Notes: generated from the sequence alone by a model not told the origin. 64,000 nt of DNA from an uncultured Alphaproteobacteria bacterium (GCA_963779345.1 CAVZXY010000006.1:114057-178056), one strand, 5' to 3'; numbered from the stretch's first letter, positions 40,739 to 50,510 are shown. Program-made: numbers and translations.

Positions 40739-42262
40739 ATGATCCATCGATTGACGACGGCACAATTCCCCTTGACGATCCGCCGTTGGCGGCCTGCCGT
40801 CCTTGTGACGCTCGCGGCGATGGCCGCGCTGACGGCCTTGAGCCCCGGCGCCGCGGCCCCGCGCCCCGCGCAAATCAAAGCGGAGACGGCGCCGCGTCCG
40901 GCCGGCGAGCCGATCATGGCGATCGTGTCGATCAAGACCCAGCAGGTCACTTTCTACGACGCCGACGGCTGGATCTATCGCGCGCCGGTGTCGACCGGCA
41001 TCAAGGACCGCGAGACGCCGGCCGGCGTCTTCGCCGTCATCGAGAAGGACAAGGACCACCATTCGACCATGTATGACGATGCCTGGATGCCGAACATGCA
41101 GCGCATCACCTGGAACGGCATCGCGCTGCACGGCGGGCCGCTGCCCGGCTATGCGGCCTCGCACGGCTGCATCAGGATGCCCTACGGCTTTGCCGAGAGG
41201 CTGTTCGACAAGACCGAGATCGGCATGCGGGTGATCATCGCGCCGAACGACCCGGCCCCGGTCGCGTTTTCCCACCCGGCGCTGTTGCAGCCGAACGCGC
41301 AAGCCATCGCGGCCGCTCCGGCGCGGGCCGAGACGCTCGCCGCTGAGGCCGCCGCGGCGGTCAAGGCCGCCGCCGAGGCGAAGAAAACCGCTATGACAAC
41401 GGCGCGCGAGACGAAATCGCTGACGGCGTCGCTGCGCAATCTTGAACGAGCCAAGAAGAGCGCCGACGCCGCGCTGGCGTCCGCCGACAAGGCGCTCGCC
41501 AAGGCGCTTGCTTCGGCGAAGACCGACCAGGCCAAGGCGCAGGCCGAGGAGCGCCAGCAGAAGGCCGCCGCCAAGGCCGCCGAACTGGCGACCAAGCTCG
41601 ACGCGGCCAAAGCCGACGCGACGTCCAAACGCGACGCCGCCGCAAAGGACGCACTCAAGCCTGCCGACACCAGGAAGGCCGCAGCCGTCAAGGCGGCCAC
41701 CGAGGCCAAGCTCGCGCTCGAGCCGGTGTCGATCTACATCAGCCGCGCCACGCAGAAGCTTTACGTGCGGCGCAACACGCATAAGGCCTGGCCGGACGGC
41801 GGCGAGGTGTTCGATGCGTCGATCGAGGTGCCGGTCACGATCCGCGATCCCGACCGGCCGATCGGCACGCATGTGTTCACGGCGATGGCGCGCGACGGCG
41901 CTGCCTTACGCTGGAGCGTTGTCAGCATCGACGAGGGCGACGACGCCAAGGACGCGCTCGACCGCATCACCATCCCGCAGGATGTGCTTGATCGCATTGC
42001 GCCGACGGCAGCGCCGCGGTCCTCGATCATCGTTTCGGACGAGCCGCTGAGCAAGGAGACCAACTACCGCACCGAGTTTGTCGCGGTGCTGAGCAATCAG
42101 CCGCAAGGCGGCTTCATCACGCGCCAGGTGACGCCTCCCGACGACCTCGTTGCGGGCGACAACGGCTGGGGCGACGGCGGCTTCCCGTTTTTCGGGCGTA
42201 GCTGGGGCTCGCAAACCCGGCGCGACGACTATCGTCCGGTGCAACGGGGCTGGTGGCGGTAG
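40739..42262 (+). CDS. L,D-transpeptidase (YkuD) with Ala/Lys coiled-coil linker
   Basis: PVSTG, ALHGG..PGYAASHGCIRM. Confidence 0.9.
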   Translation: MIHRLTTAQFPLTIRRWRPAVLVTLAAMAALTALSPGAAAPRPAQIKAETAPRPAGEPIMAIVSIKTQQVTFYDADGWIYRAPVSTGIKDRETPAGVFAVIEKDKDHHSTMYDDAWMPNMQRITWNGIALHGGPLPGYAASHGCIRMPYGFAERLFDKTEIGMRVIIAPNDPAPVAFSHPALLQPNAQAIAAAPARAETLAAEAAAAVKAAAEAKKTAMTTARETKSLTASLRNLERAKKSADAALASADKALAKALASAKTDQAKAQAEERQQKAAAKAAELATKLDAAKADATSKRDAAAKDALKPADTRKAAAVKAATEAKLALEPVSIYISRATQKLYVRRNTHKAWPDGGEVFDASIEVPVTIRDPDRPIGTHVFTAMARDGAALRWSVVSIDEGDDAKDALDRITIPQDVLDRIAPTAAPRSSIIVSDEPLSKETNYRTEFVAVLSNQPQGGFITRQVTPPDDLVAGDNGWGDGGFPFFGRSWGSQTRRDDYRPVQRGWWR

Positions 42263-42295
42263 GACGCAGCGGCCGCATTGGTTTGCCTGCAACGC

Positions 42296-42724
42296 CTATC
42301 GCGGCGCCTTGGGCCCGATCTTGCGCAGCACGTCGAAGATCACCGCCGTCGACCAGCCGAACAGCAGCACGCCGTTCATCGCCGCGAAGGGCCCCAGCGC
42401 GCGCCAGTACGCGACCGGCAGGATGTCGCCGTAGCCGAGCGTGGTGTAGTTGACGAAGGCGAGGTAGAAGGCGTCGCCCGGCTTGGCGGTGACGCCGAGC
42501 GCGATGTAGAACAGCCCCCAGATCACGATCTCGAGGAGGTGCGCCGCCATCAGCACCGTCACCGTCGCAATCATCACCAGCACGAGACGGACATGGGCAT
42601 GGACGCGCCGGGCGCCGCGCAGCATGCGATACGCGCTCCAGCTCATCGGCCCCATGATGGAGGCGTGCACGGCGATGTTCACCATGCTCACCAGCAGCCC
42701 GACCAGAATCGCCCCGTGCAGCAT
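42296..42724 (-). CDS. Ion_trans_2 potassium channel-like protein
   Basis: YTTLGYGD selectivity filter flanked by TM helices. Confidence 0.88.
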   Translation of the reverse strand: MLHGAILVGLLVSMVNIAVHASIMGPMSWSAYRMLRGARRVHAHVRLVLVMIATVTVLMAAHLLEIVIWGLFYIALGVTAKPGDAFYLAFVNYTTLGYGDILPVAYWRALGPFAAMNGVLLFGWSTAVIFDVLRKIGPKAPR

Positions 42725-42941
42725 GAAGCGATTTTACATAAATGCGAGCGGCGCGCGAGGCGGCCGCGCCGTATAACGTTAACGCCGGCGCCGCCGGGGA
42801 ACCGCGCCCGCCGCGCGATTTATCTGAGCGATACGGCCCGGACGTTTACCGACGTACCACCCGCCCCGCCCGCGCCATGTTCTCGCCATCTTGCCCGTCC
42901 CTACACGGTGGCAACAGCCATTCATGACGGGGACAATTTCA

Positions 42942-43328
42942 ATGAAGACTATTGGCATCGGGCTGCTCGCCAGCCTGCTCACGCTCACCGCGGCCAATGC
43001 GGCGGGCTGGGGCTCGGTTCATCGCTACGTCAAGCCCACCGGCAATTGCGCGGGCAAGGAAGTGCTGGCGAGCTATTACTGGACGGGGCGGCACACCGCG
43101 AGCGGCGAGCGCTTCGACCCGAACGGCAACACGGCGGCCGCGCGCACCTGGCCGCTCGGCACCACGCTGACGGTGACCAATCCGAAGAACGGCCGTTCCG
43201 TCACCGTGCGCATCAACGACACCGGGCCTTACGGCATCGCCTACGCGCAGGGCGCACGGCTCGATCTGGCGCGCGGCGCGGCGCGGCGGCTCGGCATGAG
43301 CGGCGCGCAATACGTCTGCGTGGCGTGA
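42942..43328 (+). CDS. RlpA-like (DPBB) lytic transglycosylase family protein
   Basis: ASYY, TASGERF, VRINDTGP, LDLARGAA. Confidence 0.88.
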   Translation: MKTIGIGLLASLLTLTAANAAGWGSVHRYVKPTGNCAGKEVLASYYWTGRHTASGERFDPNGNTAAARTWPLGTTLTVTNPKNGRSVTVRINDTGPYGIAYAQGARLDLARGAARRLGMSGAQYVCVA

Positions 43329-43364
43329 CACTGCGCGCGCTTTGACGGCAAGCTGTGACGGCAA

Positions 43365-43395
43365 GAGGCCGCCCACCGGGCGGCCTCGCGTTTTT
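43365..43395 (+). terminator. Rho-independent terminator
   Basis: GAGGCCGCCC-ACC-GGGCGGCCTC followed by TTTTT. Confidence 0.7.
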
Positions 43396-43410
43396 CAGGC
43401 ATTGGTCTTT

Positions 43411-43483
43411 GCGCGTGATCTTATCCGAAAACCGGTTCCCATCCCGGATCAAGTCCGGGACAGGCTTTTTCGGGATCACGCGC
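43411..43483. repeat. RIME/REP-like nested palindrome
   Basis: GCGCGTGATC...GATCACGCGC with internal TCCCGGA..TCCGGGA hairpin. Confidence 0.7.
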
Positions 43484-43493
43484 GTGCGTCAGC

Positions 43494-43886
43494 TCACCGG
43501 CAGGGCCCGTAATAGCCGTAACCGCGGGTGCTGTCGGTTTCGATCCAGCAGTTGCCGCCGCGATAAACGCGGGGCACCGGCCGCACATAGACCGGCGCGG
43601 GCTCGTAGGCGTAAGGCCCGCCGTAATAGCCTGGTCCGTAGTAGTAGCCCGAGCCATAGTAGTAGCCGTCGCCATAGTAGCCTTGCTGGGCAGCAATGCC
43701 GCCGAGGATGGCGCCGGCGGCCAACCCGCCGATGATGCCGGCGGCGACGCCGCCGCCGCCGCCGTAATAGCCGCCGTGACCGTGATAACCGCCGTGGTAG
43801 CCGTGGTGGTGCTGTGCCACGGCGCTGCCCATCGCGGCGAACGTCAGCGCCGCGGCGGCAGCAAGTGCTGTCAGAGTTTTGTGCAT
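43494..43886 (-). CDS. Secreted Gly/Tyr-rich small protein (BA14K-like architecture)
   Basis: Signal peptide, GGVAAGIIGGLAAGAILGG glycine zipper, YYG repeats, two C-terminal Cys. Confidence 0.75.
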   Translation of the reverse strand: MHKTLTALAAAAALTFAAMGSAVAQHHHGYHGGYHGHGGYYGGGGGVAAGIIGGLAAGAILGGIAAQQGYYGDGYYYGSGYYYGPGYYGGPYAYEPAPVYVRPVPRVYRGGNCWIETDSTRGYGYYGPCR

Positions 43887-44116
43887 AAATCACCTCTAAG
43901 GGGGGAAAGAGGGCTTATGCTGCTTAACAGGCTGGCGGCGGCGCGCATTGACCTGGGTCAACATGGTGAAAATTTCCCGCATGAACGCGCGCTTTCCGGC
44001 GTGCGCGCTTTTTACATAAAACTTTCAGATTTTTTGGGCGGCAGCGCTTTACCCGGACTTTATGCGCAATGCCGTAGAATTTGACTCGGATGCGATTTCA
44101 TTTGTCGGAGTGTTTT

Positions 44117-45043
44117 ATGCCGATAAAGCAAAACTCGTCATCGACTGGAAACTGCTCCGCGCTTGGGCTCTCGCCGCGCGACAACGGCGCCATCGCCTCC
44201 GCCGTCGCGCCGCTGCTGGTGATCTTCGTCAACGTCGCCGCGCCACGCCCCGCCAACGCGCAATGCAGCAAGGACACCAAAGCCGAACGCTCCGCGCTTT
44301 ATGCGCCGCAGCGCATCGCGCTGGCGCTCGCCGATGGTGACCTGCCGCCGGTGATCCGGCTCGCCGCGCGCGACCTGCGCGTCGACGCTTCGCGCGATGG
44401 CTGGCGCGGCGCCGGCGCGACGCCTAAATTGCAGACGGTGCTCGCCGCGCTGCATCCGGCGCCGACTTATCCAGCGCCGCCGCTGATGCACGAGCCGATC
44501 GTCGGCATCGCCTCGACCTACAATCCGTGCTGTCCGGGCATGCCGGCGGATGAAGCGGAGACGGCGTCGGGCGAACCCTACGACGCCGCCGGCTGGACCG
44601 CGGCGATCCAGACCGGCCTGCGCGGCCGCTTCGGCGGCGTGCGCTACGGCACGAGTTACCGCCCCGCCTACGCGATGGTCGAGAGCGACGACAAGCGGCT
44701 CATCGTCAAGATCAACGACGTCGGGCCGCTCAAGCCCGGCCGCGTCATCGACCTCAACGAGCGGGCCATGCGGTTTTTCGACGCGCGGCTCGAGCGCGGG
44801 CTGCTACCAGGCGTGCGCATCACGCCGCTCGACGGCAGCCACTGGACGCCGGGACCGGTCGACGGCGACGACGCGGTTTTGGTGGCCGCGGCGCCGCGGC
44901 GGCCGATGCATGAGGAGCCCGTGCGCCAAGAGTTCGTGCGCCAAGAGTTCGCGCACCAAGATTTCGCGCAACGAGAACTCGTACCTGAAGCGCCCGTGGA
45001 CGACGAGCCGGTGCGCGAGCAAGTGGCGATCAACTTGAATTGA
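44117..45043 (+). CDS. RlpA family protein
   Basis: GIASTY, TASGEPYD, VKINDVGP, GRVIDL; C-terminal 15-bp tandem repeats (VRQEF) at 44920-44980; start uncertain. Confidence 0.8.
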   Translation: MPIKQNSSSTGNCSALGLSPRDNGAIASAVAPLLVIFVNVAAPRPANAQCSKDTKAERSALYAPQRIALALADGDLPPVIRLAARDLRVDASRDGWRGAGATPKLQTVLAALHPAPTYPAPPLMHEPIVGIASTYNPCCPGMPADEAETASGEPYDAAGWTAAIQTGLRGRFGGVRYGTSYRPAYAMVESDDKRLIVKINDVGPLKPGRVIDLNERAMRFFDARLERGLLPGVRITPLDGSHWTPGPVDGDDAVLVAAAPRRPMHEEPVRQEFVRQEFAHQDFAQRELVPEAPVDDEPVREQVAINLN

Positions 45044-45120
45044 GGCGGTCGGCGGCGAACTTTCCGGTCCGGCGCGGTGTGCTAGGCTCGGCGCCTCTCG
45101 TTTTGCCGGAGCTTGACCTT

Positions 45121-45525
45121 ATGCCTCGCCGTGTCGCCGCGACGCTCGCGCTTTTTGTTGCCGCCGTGGCCTGCGCCGCGCCGGCGCGCGCCCTCGACCT
45201 CAATTCGTTCCGCGCCCAGCACCACCTGCCGCCGCTTAGCCTTAGTTCGACGCTGGCGGCCTTAGCCTACGAGCAGGCGCACAGCATGGCCGGCCGCAAC
45301 CATCTCGATCACAACGGCTTCAAGCAGCGCGTCGCCTTCTCCGGCGGCATGCATGCCGAGAACGTGGCGTGGGGCTGCGACACGGAAGATTGCGCCTTCC
45401 GGATGTGGGCGCGCTCGGCCGGCCACCGCGCCAACATGCTGCTGCGCAACGTGTCGGCCTACGGCATCGCCTCGGCCACCGCGCCGAACGGGCGGCACTA
45501 CTGGGCGCTGGAACTGGGGAATTGA
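45121..45525 (+). CDS. CAP (SCP) domain protein
   Basis: LNSFRAQHHLPPL, AENVAWG, W..SAGHRANML. Confidence 0.88.
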   Translation: MPRRVAATLALFVAAVACAAPARALDLNSFRAQHHLPPLSLSSTLAALAYEQAHSMAGRNHLDHNGFKQRVAFSGGMHAENVAWGCDTEDCAFRMWARSAGHRANMLLRNVSAYGIASATAPNGRHYWALELGN

Positions 45526-45574
45526 ACTCTTTCCTCGCGCCGCGGAATGGCGAAGGGTGTGCTATCGTTCTCCC

Positions 45575-45823
45575 ATGCTCAAACGCGAGAATTTCCCGGT
45601 CGCCAAGATCTACGTGCCCACCGAGCGGCGCAAGACGCGCGATCAAAAGCGCGTCAACGAGATCGCCGAAAGCATCCTGCAGGACGGCCAGCAGACGCCG
45701 ATCAAGGTACGCGCCGATGGCGACCGGTTCGTGCTGATTGAGGGCCTGCACCGGCTTGAAGCCGCGAAGGCGCTGGGCGAGACCACCATCGTCGGCTTCC
45801 AGGTCGACGCCAGGAAGCATTAG
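45575..45823 (+). CDS. Stand-alone ParB/sulfiredoxin N-terminal domain protein
   Basis: GQQTPI.V...LIEGLHRLEA. Confidence 0.85.
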   Translation: MLKRENFPVAKIYVPTERRKTRDQKRVNEIAESILQDGQQTPIKVRADGDRFVLIEGLHRLEAAKALGETTIVGFQVDARKH

Positions 45824-45905
45824 CCCTTCCGCCCCGCCCCTTCCCTTCCCGGTGCCGCCGTCCGCCAACTATAATCGCCAAGTTGCGATTCTCACGGGAG
45901 ACCAC

Positions 45906-46178
45906 ATGCTCAAGCTTTGCCTTGCCGCCGCTTCGCTCACGGTCCTGACCGGCAGCGCGTTCGCCGCCGATCCGCGCTTCTGCGCCGACTATTCCACCGC
46001 CGCCGTCCGGCAGGCGCGCGTCGCGCATATGACGCCGAGCTGCGCGCCCGGCGCGATCGGTACGCGCTGGACGGAAAATTATCGCGTGCACTACGGCTGG
46101 TGCATCACCGCGCCTTACGGAGCGGCCGAACGCGAACGCGCCATGCGCACGCGCTATCTGCGCTCCTGCCGGATGTGA
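45906..46178 (+). CDS. Small secreted protein with 4 Cys in the mature part
   Basis: Signal peptide AFA; FCADY, SCAPG, WCITA, SCRM. Confidence 0.7.
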   Translation: MLKLCLAAASLTVLTGSAFAADPRFCADYSTAAVRQARVAHMTPSCAPGAIGTRWTENYRVHYGWCITAPYGAAERERAMRTRYLRSCRM

Positions 46179-46233
46179 CAGCGCGCCGGGGAACCTGATA
46201 GCATGGCTGCGGGTTAGGCTCGGGAGGTCCGCG

Positions 46234-46884
46234 ATGCATCTCCGCCTTGCTGCCGCACTCGCCGCCGTATTCGCCACGCTGGCATTCACACCTGCGCGCG
46301 CCGACCTGCTGATCCAGATCGACAAAAGTGTCCAGCAGATGACCGTCTCCGAAGACGGCAACCCGCTCTACACTTGGCCGGTGTCGACCGGCCGCGCCGG
46401 TTACAATACGCCGAACGGCGCCTTCTCTCCTTTCCGCATGGACCGCGACCACTACAGCCGCGAGTGGGACGACGCGCCGATGCCCTATTCGATCTTCTTC
46501 ACCAAGCTCGGCCACGCCATCCACGGCACCTACGAGGCAAGCCACCTCGGTCACGCGGTGTCGCACGGCTGCGTGCGGCTGTCGGTGAAGCACGCCGCGA
46601 TCCTGTGGGACCTCGTCAAGAAGAACAAGATGGCCAATACCTCGGTCGTGCTCACCGGCGAGATTCCCGCCGGCGCCGGCGCGGCGGTGGCGCGTGCAGC
46701 GCCGCGGCAGCGTCAGGACGTCGATGAAGACGACGACCAGGTCGCCGTGGTGCCGCAGCGGCGGCAGGTGTTCGGGCGCAACGGCTGGCAAAACGACGAC
46801 AGCTACGCGCCGCGCCCCGATTACTATCGCGAACAGCCATATTACCAGGCGCGTCCGCGCGGCTTCTTCCCGTTCGGCTGGTGA
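46234..46884 (+). CDS. L,D-transpeptidase
   Basis: WPVSTG, AIHG, SHGCVRL. Confidence 0.92.
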   Translation: MHLRLAAALAAVFATLAFTPARADLLIQIDKSVQQMTVSEDGNPLYTWPVSTGRAGYNTPNGAFSPFRMDRDHYSREWDDAPMPYSIFFTKLGHAIHGTYEASHLGHAVSHGCVRLSVKHAAILWDLVKKNKMANTSVVLTGEIPAGAGAAVARAAPRQRQDVDEDDDQVAVVPQRRQVFGRNGWQNDDSYAPRPDYYREQPYYQARPRGFFPFGW

Positions 46885-46973
46885 GCGCGCCGTTTTGCCC
46901 TAGATCAAGGCAAAAGCGCGGAACCTGTGCTCGGCTGGCGCTTTATTGCCATCAGCATCATCGGGAGCCTGTC

Positions 46974-47429
46974 ATGCCGAAATCCCGCAAACGCCCTGCG
47001 CGACAGCGCGGACATGCCCGGCGCGCCAAGCCGGGCGCGCGCGGCCAAGGCGGCTTCTTCCACATCCAGGTGCGGCCGCGCACCGACTTCGTCACCTTCC
47101 GCAATCAGGACGTCGGCGCTCGTGGCGGCATCGAGCGCATCGCCGGCCGGCGCGCCAACGGCTCCTGGGACACGCAGAAATGGCTGGTCGGCAAATCGGA
47201 GGCGCACCGCGCCGGCAAGCAACTGGTGGCTGACACCGCCGGGGCGAAGAAGGTACTCGGCCAACTCAGCTCGGCGCCGCGCCATCTCGGCGGCGACCGC
47301 TTCATCGCCAAGCCGCGGCGCAAGATTCCGGCGGCCGAAAAGCCGACGCCGGCGATGCGGCGCGCGCAACTCGCCAATATCAAGAAGGCGCAAGCCGCGG
47401 TGCGCAAACGACGGCGGGCGGGCGCATGA
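46974..47429 (+). CDS. Basic hypothetical protein
   Basis: RBS GGGAG; FRNQDVG..GGIERIAG..GSWDTQKWL core. Confidence 0.65.
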   Translation: MPKSRKRPARQRGHARRAKPGARGQGGFFHIQVRPRTDFVTFRNQDVGARGGIERIAGRRANGSWDTQKWLVGKSEAHRAGKQLVADTAGAKKVLGQLSSAPRHLGGDRFIAKPRRKIPAAEKPTPAMRRAQLANIKKAQAAVRKRRRAGA

Positions 47430-47575
47430 TCCGCAAGCTGAGCGGGGGCAAATACCGGCTCTATTCGCGCAAGAAAAATCCGCGCACCGGCAAGCGGCGC
47501 AACCTCGGCACCTTCACTTCACGCAAGGCGGCGGAGAAGCACGAGCGCGCGGTGCAGTACTTCAAACGGCACTGA
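47426..47575 (+). CDS. Small basic hypothetical protein (49 aa; absent from the ORF track)
   Basis: MIRKLSGGKYRLYSRKKNPRTGKRRNLGTFTSRKAAEKHERAVQYFKRH; ATGA overlap with the upstream gene. Confidence 0.8.
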   Translation: MIRKLSGGKYRLYSRKKNPRTGKRRNLGTFTSRKAAEKHERAVQYFKRH

Positions 47576-47746
47576 CGTCCGGCACGCGCGCTAAAACGGA
47601 CATTGCTGTGACATAGCCCAACGTCTGCCTTCCAACCAAGACGGACATGCACGCGCTCAGAATCAGTCGCACTGAATCATGACCCCGCTCGGGAGGATGG
47701 CCCGAGACGCAGACATGGAAAAGGCAAAGGCGATGCCCTTGCCGTA

Positions 47747-48109
47747 TCATTGCTTTTTTTTGCTTGCGCCCGAGGTCGTTACCTTCGTCCCGCCATTCCG
47801 CTTGGCGGCAAGGTCACCGCAATTTGTTGGGTCGCTTGCACAGTTGCCGCAAACGGACCCCGTGCACTTAATATCGGTGCCGCCGACTTCGCCGCTTTTC
47901 TTCAGGTTACCTTGCAGTTGTATTTGTAGGCGGCTGCCTGTCGTGCATTTTTTGCCCCCCGCCTTGCAATTAACAAGCGAGACGGCGCCTCCGGTAGAAT
48001 GGTTCGCGACCGGCTGGATCGCGACCGCCAACCCGCGGTCCGCGCTTGCGCCAATGAGAACGCTTGTCGACGCGACAAGCGCGAAAAAGAAAACCCCTAG
48101 TTTCGGCAT
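47747..48109 (-). CDS. Secreted Cys-rich miniprotein (possibly truncated at an A8 run)
   Basis: ATG 48109 after GGAGG; signal peptide; six Cys; KVTTSG motif. Confidence 0.65.
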   Translation of the reverse strand: MPKLGVFFFALVASTSVLIGASADRGLAVAIQPVANHSTGGAVSLVNCKAGGKKCTTGSRLQIQLQGNLKKSGEVGGTDIKCTGSVCGNCASDPTNCGDLAAKRNGGTKVTTSGASKKKQ

Positions 48110-48209
48110 CTCATTCCTCCTGTGCGTGGTCTGGGCGCCGGTGGATATGGTACGGCGGCGGGCGCCCCGCCGCTTATCGGAGAATGGCCCGATGACTGAG
48201 CGCTGATCC

Positions 48210-48494
48210 TTATTTCGGGTGAAGCGTAGGGTTGCCCGGTCCGCGATGAATGGGATCGCCGCCGCTCGTGGCACCCGGAGGTGGCGCGACCGCGCAGGGG
48301 CCATAAGTCTTGTGACCGCATCCCCTGGGACGACGCACGATGGAGCCACCCGCCGGAGTGACGCCCTGGGCGGCAGATTTGCCGGACGTCTTCACCTGAC
48401 CCGGACTGCCGCCTTTCGCGAAGGCCTGGATGTCGCCCGCTAGCAACCCAATCGCTATCGCAAGAGCGAACACCGTTTTCGACAATGTCGTCAT
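48210..48494 (-). CDS. Secreted miniprotein, PGQVKTSGKSAA family
   Basis: Signal peptide AFA; two Cys; RBS AAGGA. Confidence 0.7.
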   Translation of the reverse strand: MTTLSKTVFALAIAIGLLAGDIQAFAKGGSPGQVKTSGKSAAQGVTPAGGSIVRRPRGCGHKTYGPCAVAPPPGATSGGDPIHRGPGNPTLHPK

Positions 48495-48519
48495 CGCTAT
48501 TTCCTTGATCTGTTTCCGG

Positions 48520-48789
48520 TCAGTCGCACTGAATCATGACACCGTTCGGACCCTTATGGGGTCCGCGGCAGGGAGGCTGGGTGTATCCGGGCCGAAGCGG
48601 CGAACGAATCGTTATGCAGTGGTGGGGATAACAAATAGTGGTTTTGCTCTGGCGGCCGCCGGAGCCTGCGGGAGCGGCAGATTTGCCCGACGTCTTTACC
48701 TGACCGGGAGTCAAAGTCTTTGCCAAGATGTGGCCATGGCTCAATGTCAACGCCGCTGAGATTGCAAGAAGCGAGACCGCTTTCGACAT
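48520..48789 (-). CDS. Secreted miniprotein, PGQVKTSGKSAA family
   Basis: Signal peptide; four Cys; ends GVMIQCD. Confidence 0.7.
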   Translation of the reverse strand: MSKAVSLLAISAALTLSHGHILAKTLTPGQVKTSGKSAAPAGSGGRQSKTTICYPHHCITIRSPLRPGYTQPPCRGPHKGPNGVMIQCD

Positions 48790-48860
48790 CCCCGTCATAA
48801 ACCGTTCCCTTTGTTTGCGGTCGAGAACGCACGCGCCATTCGATGCGCCAACCTGCAGCG

Positions 48861-49247
48861 CTATCTTTTGTGTCTTGTCCGAATCTGTACGGGAGGCGTG
48901 GTGGGCGAGTTCGGATTCGAAACCGTTGTCGGCGGGTGCTTTAACTTGCCGGGATTAACTTTACGGGGCGGGGGATTAGGCGGGTTTGGCCTTCCTATGG
49001 ACTGCGGATTTTTACCCGAGTACCAATACTTGTCGCATTGCGCCAAACACTTAGTCCACTTTGTACCTGGGACGTTATTGTGGTTGTCACAATATACTTG
49101 ACATTTTGTATGTCCAGATTCGCATACTTTGTTACAATTCTCAATCGCCCACGCCTCGGTGAAGAATCCAAACGAACCAAGAAATGCAATCGACAGAAAC
49201 GTGGGTGAGAGAATCGCTGGAAATTTGGTTATCCATGGTTTGATCAT
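48861..49247 (-). CDS. Secreted (CX3C)3 miniprotein with Pro-rich tail
   Basis: Signal peptide AWA; CNKVC, CQVYC, CLAQC. Confidence 0.7.
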   Translation of the reverse strand: MIKPWITKFPAILSPTFLSIAFLGSFGFFTEAWAIENCNKVCESGHTKCQVYCDNHNNVPGTKWTKCLAQCDKYWYSGKNPQSIGRPNPPNPPPRKVNPGKLKHPPTTVSNPNSPTTPPVQIRTRHKR

Positions 49248-49251
49248 CAAG

Positions 49252-50331
49252 CTAGTGGATCGAATCTAACACTTGGTGCCCGCGTCTGACAGCCTGGATA
49301 ATTTTGTCGGGATCGGCAGTCCAAGTGAAGGGTTTCGGTTCAGTATTGTGTTCAACGACGAAGCGATTGATTGCTGCCTGCAAGTCGACGACCGATAGGA
49401 AGGTACCGCGCTTTAATCGCCGCTTCGTGAGCTTGGCGAAGAAGCCCTCGACGGCGTTGAGCCATGACGCCGATGTGGGCGTGAAGTGGAACGTCCAGCG
49501 GGGATGCCGGGCCAGCCATTGGCGCACCTTTGGATGCTTGTGGGTTGCGTAGTTGTCGACGATGGCGTGAATTTCCTTCCGCCGCGGCACCTGCGCCTCA
49601 ATGGCATTGAGGAATTGGATGAACTCCTGATGGCGATGATGCTGCATATTGCGTCCGATGACGGTGCCGTCGAGAACGTTGAGAGCGGCGAACAGCGTGG
49701 TCGTGCCGTGACGCTTATAGTCGTGGGTTATCGTCCCGGCGCGGCCCTTCTTCATCGGCAAGCCGGGCTGAGTGCGGTCGAGCGCCTGGATCTGGCTTTT
49801 CTCATCGACCGAGAGGACGACGGCATGAGCGGGCGGATCGACATAGAGACCGACGATGTCGCGCAGCTTGCCTACAAATTGCGGGTCAGTAGACAGCTTG
49901 AACTGTTTCACCCGGTGCGGTTGAAGGCCGTGCGCACGCCAGATGCGCTGGACGGAACTCGCGCTGATATCGACGAGCTTCGCCATCATGGCGGAGGTCC
50001 AGTGGGTCGCCTCCGCTGGCGGGTCGGTCTGGGTGAGCATCACGACACGCTCGGTGATGTTCGATCCCAGCGGCGGGATGCGCGATGGCCGCGTCTTGTC
50101 GCGCAGGAGACCGTCATAACCTTCCTGCATGAAGCGTTCCTGCCAGCGCCAAACACAGGTCTTCGACTTGCCGGTCCGCCGCATGATCTCATTGGTGCCA
50201 ACACCGTCCGCGCTGAACAGGACGATCTCGGCGCGCCAGACATGCTTGTGCGGGGCGTTGCGGTCCCCCGCAAGCGCCTTCAGACGGCGGCGATCAGAGG
50301 GCTTGAGAGTGATGGAGATTCCGGTTCGCAT
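49252..50331 (-). CDS. IS630 transposase
   Basis: SVDEKSQIQAL, YKRHGT, IVDNYATH, SWLNAVE. Confidence 0.95.
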   Translation of the reverse strand: MRTGISITLKPSDRRRLKALAGDRNAPHKHVWRAEIVLFSADGVGTNEIMRRTGKSKTCVWRWQERFMQEGYDGLLRDKTRPSRIPPLGSNITERVVMLTQTDPPAEATHWTSAMMAKLVDISASSVQRIWRAHGLQPHRVKQFKLSTDPQFVGKLRDIVGLYVDPPAHAVVLSVDEKSQIQALDRTQPGLPMKKGRAGTITHDYKRHGTTTLFAALNVLDGTVIGRNMQHHRHQEFIQFLNAIEAQVPRRKEIHAIVDNYATHKHPKVRQWLARHPRWTFHFTPTSASWLNAVEGFFAKLTKRRLKRGTFLSVVDLQAAINRFVVEHNTEPKPFTWTADPDKIIQAVRRGHQVLDSIH

Positions 50332-50402
50332 GCGCCAGACTCGCATGCATCGAGTCCGCTGGGAATCCCCTCAGGGATTCAAATGTCAGACGTAATCCAC
50401 TA
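49253..50402 (-). mobile_element. IS630-family insertion sequence
   Basis: Imperfect terminal IRs TAGTGGAT..; CTAG at both ends (TA duplication). Confidence 0.9.
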
Positions 50403-50510
50403 GCTCCCCGGTTTGTCGCGTCAGGCCGGCCAGTTTGATTTTTTGTTCAGGCCTCTGCCGCGAAATGGCGGCAGCCCTAAATATCTACCGCCGCGCGCAG
50501 GCGCGCCGCG

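Noticed and set aside
45575-45823. ParB as evidence of a plasmid or partition system
   Set aside because: 82-aa N-terminal domain only; no ParA, HTH or parS repeats
47747-47749. Selenocysteine readthrough of the in-frame TGA
   Set aside because: No redox motif context or evident SECIS; decay or frameshift explains it better
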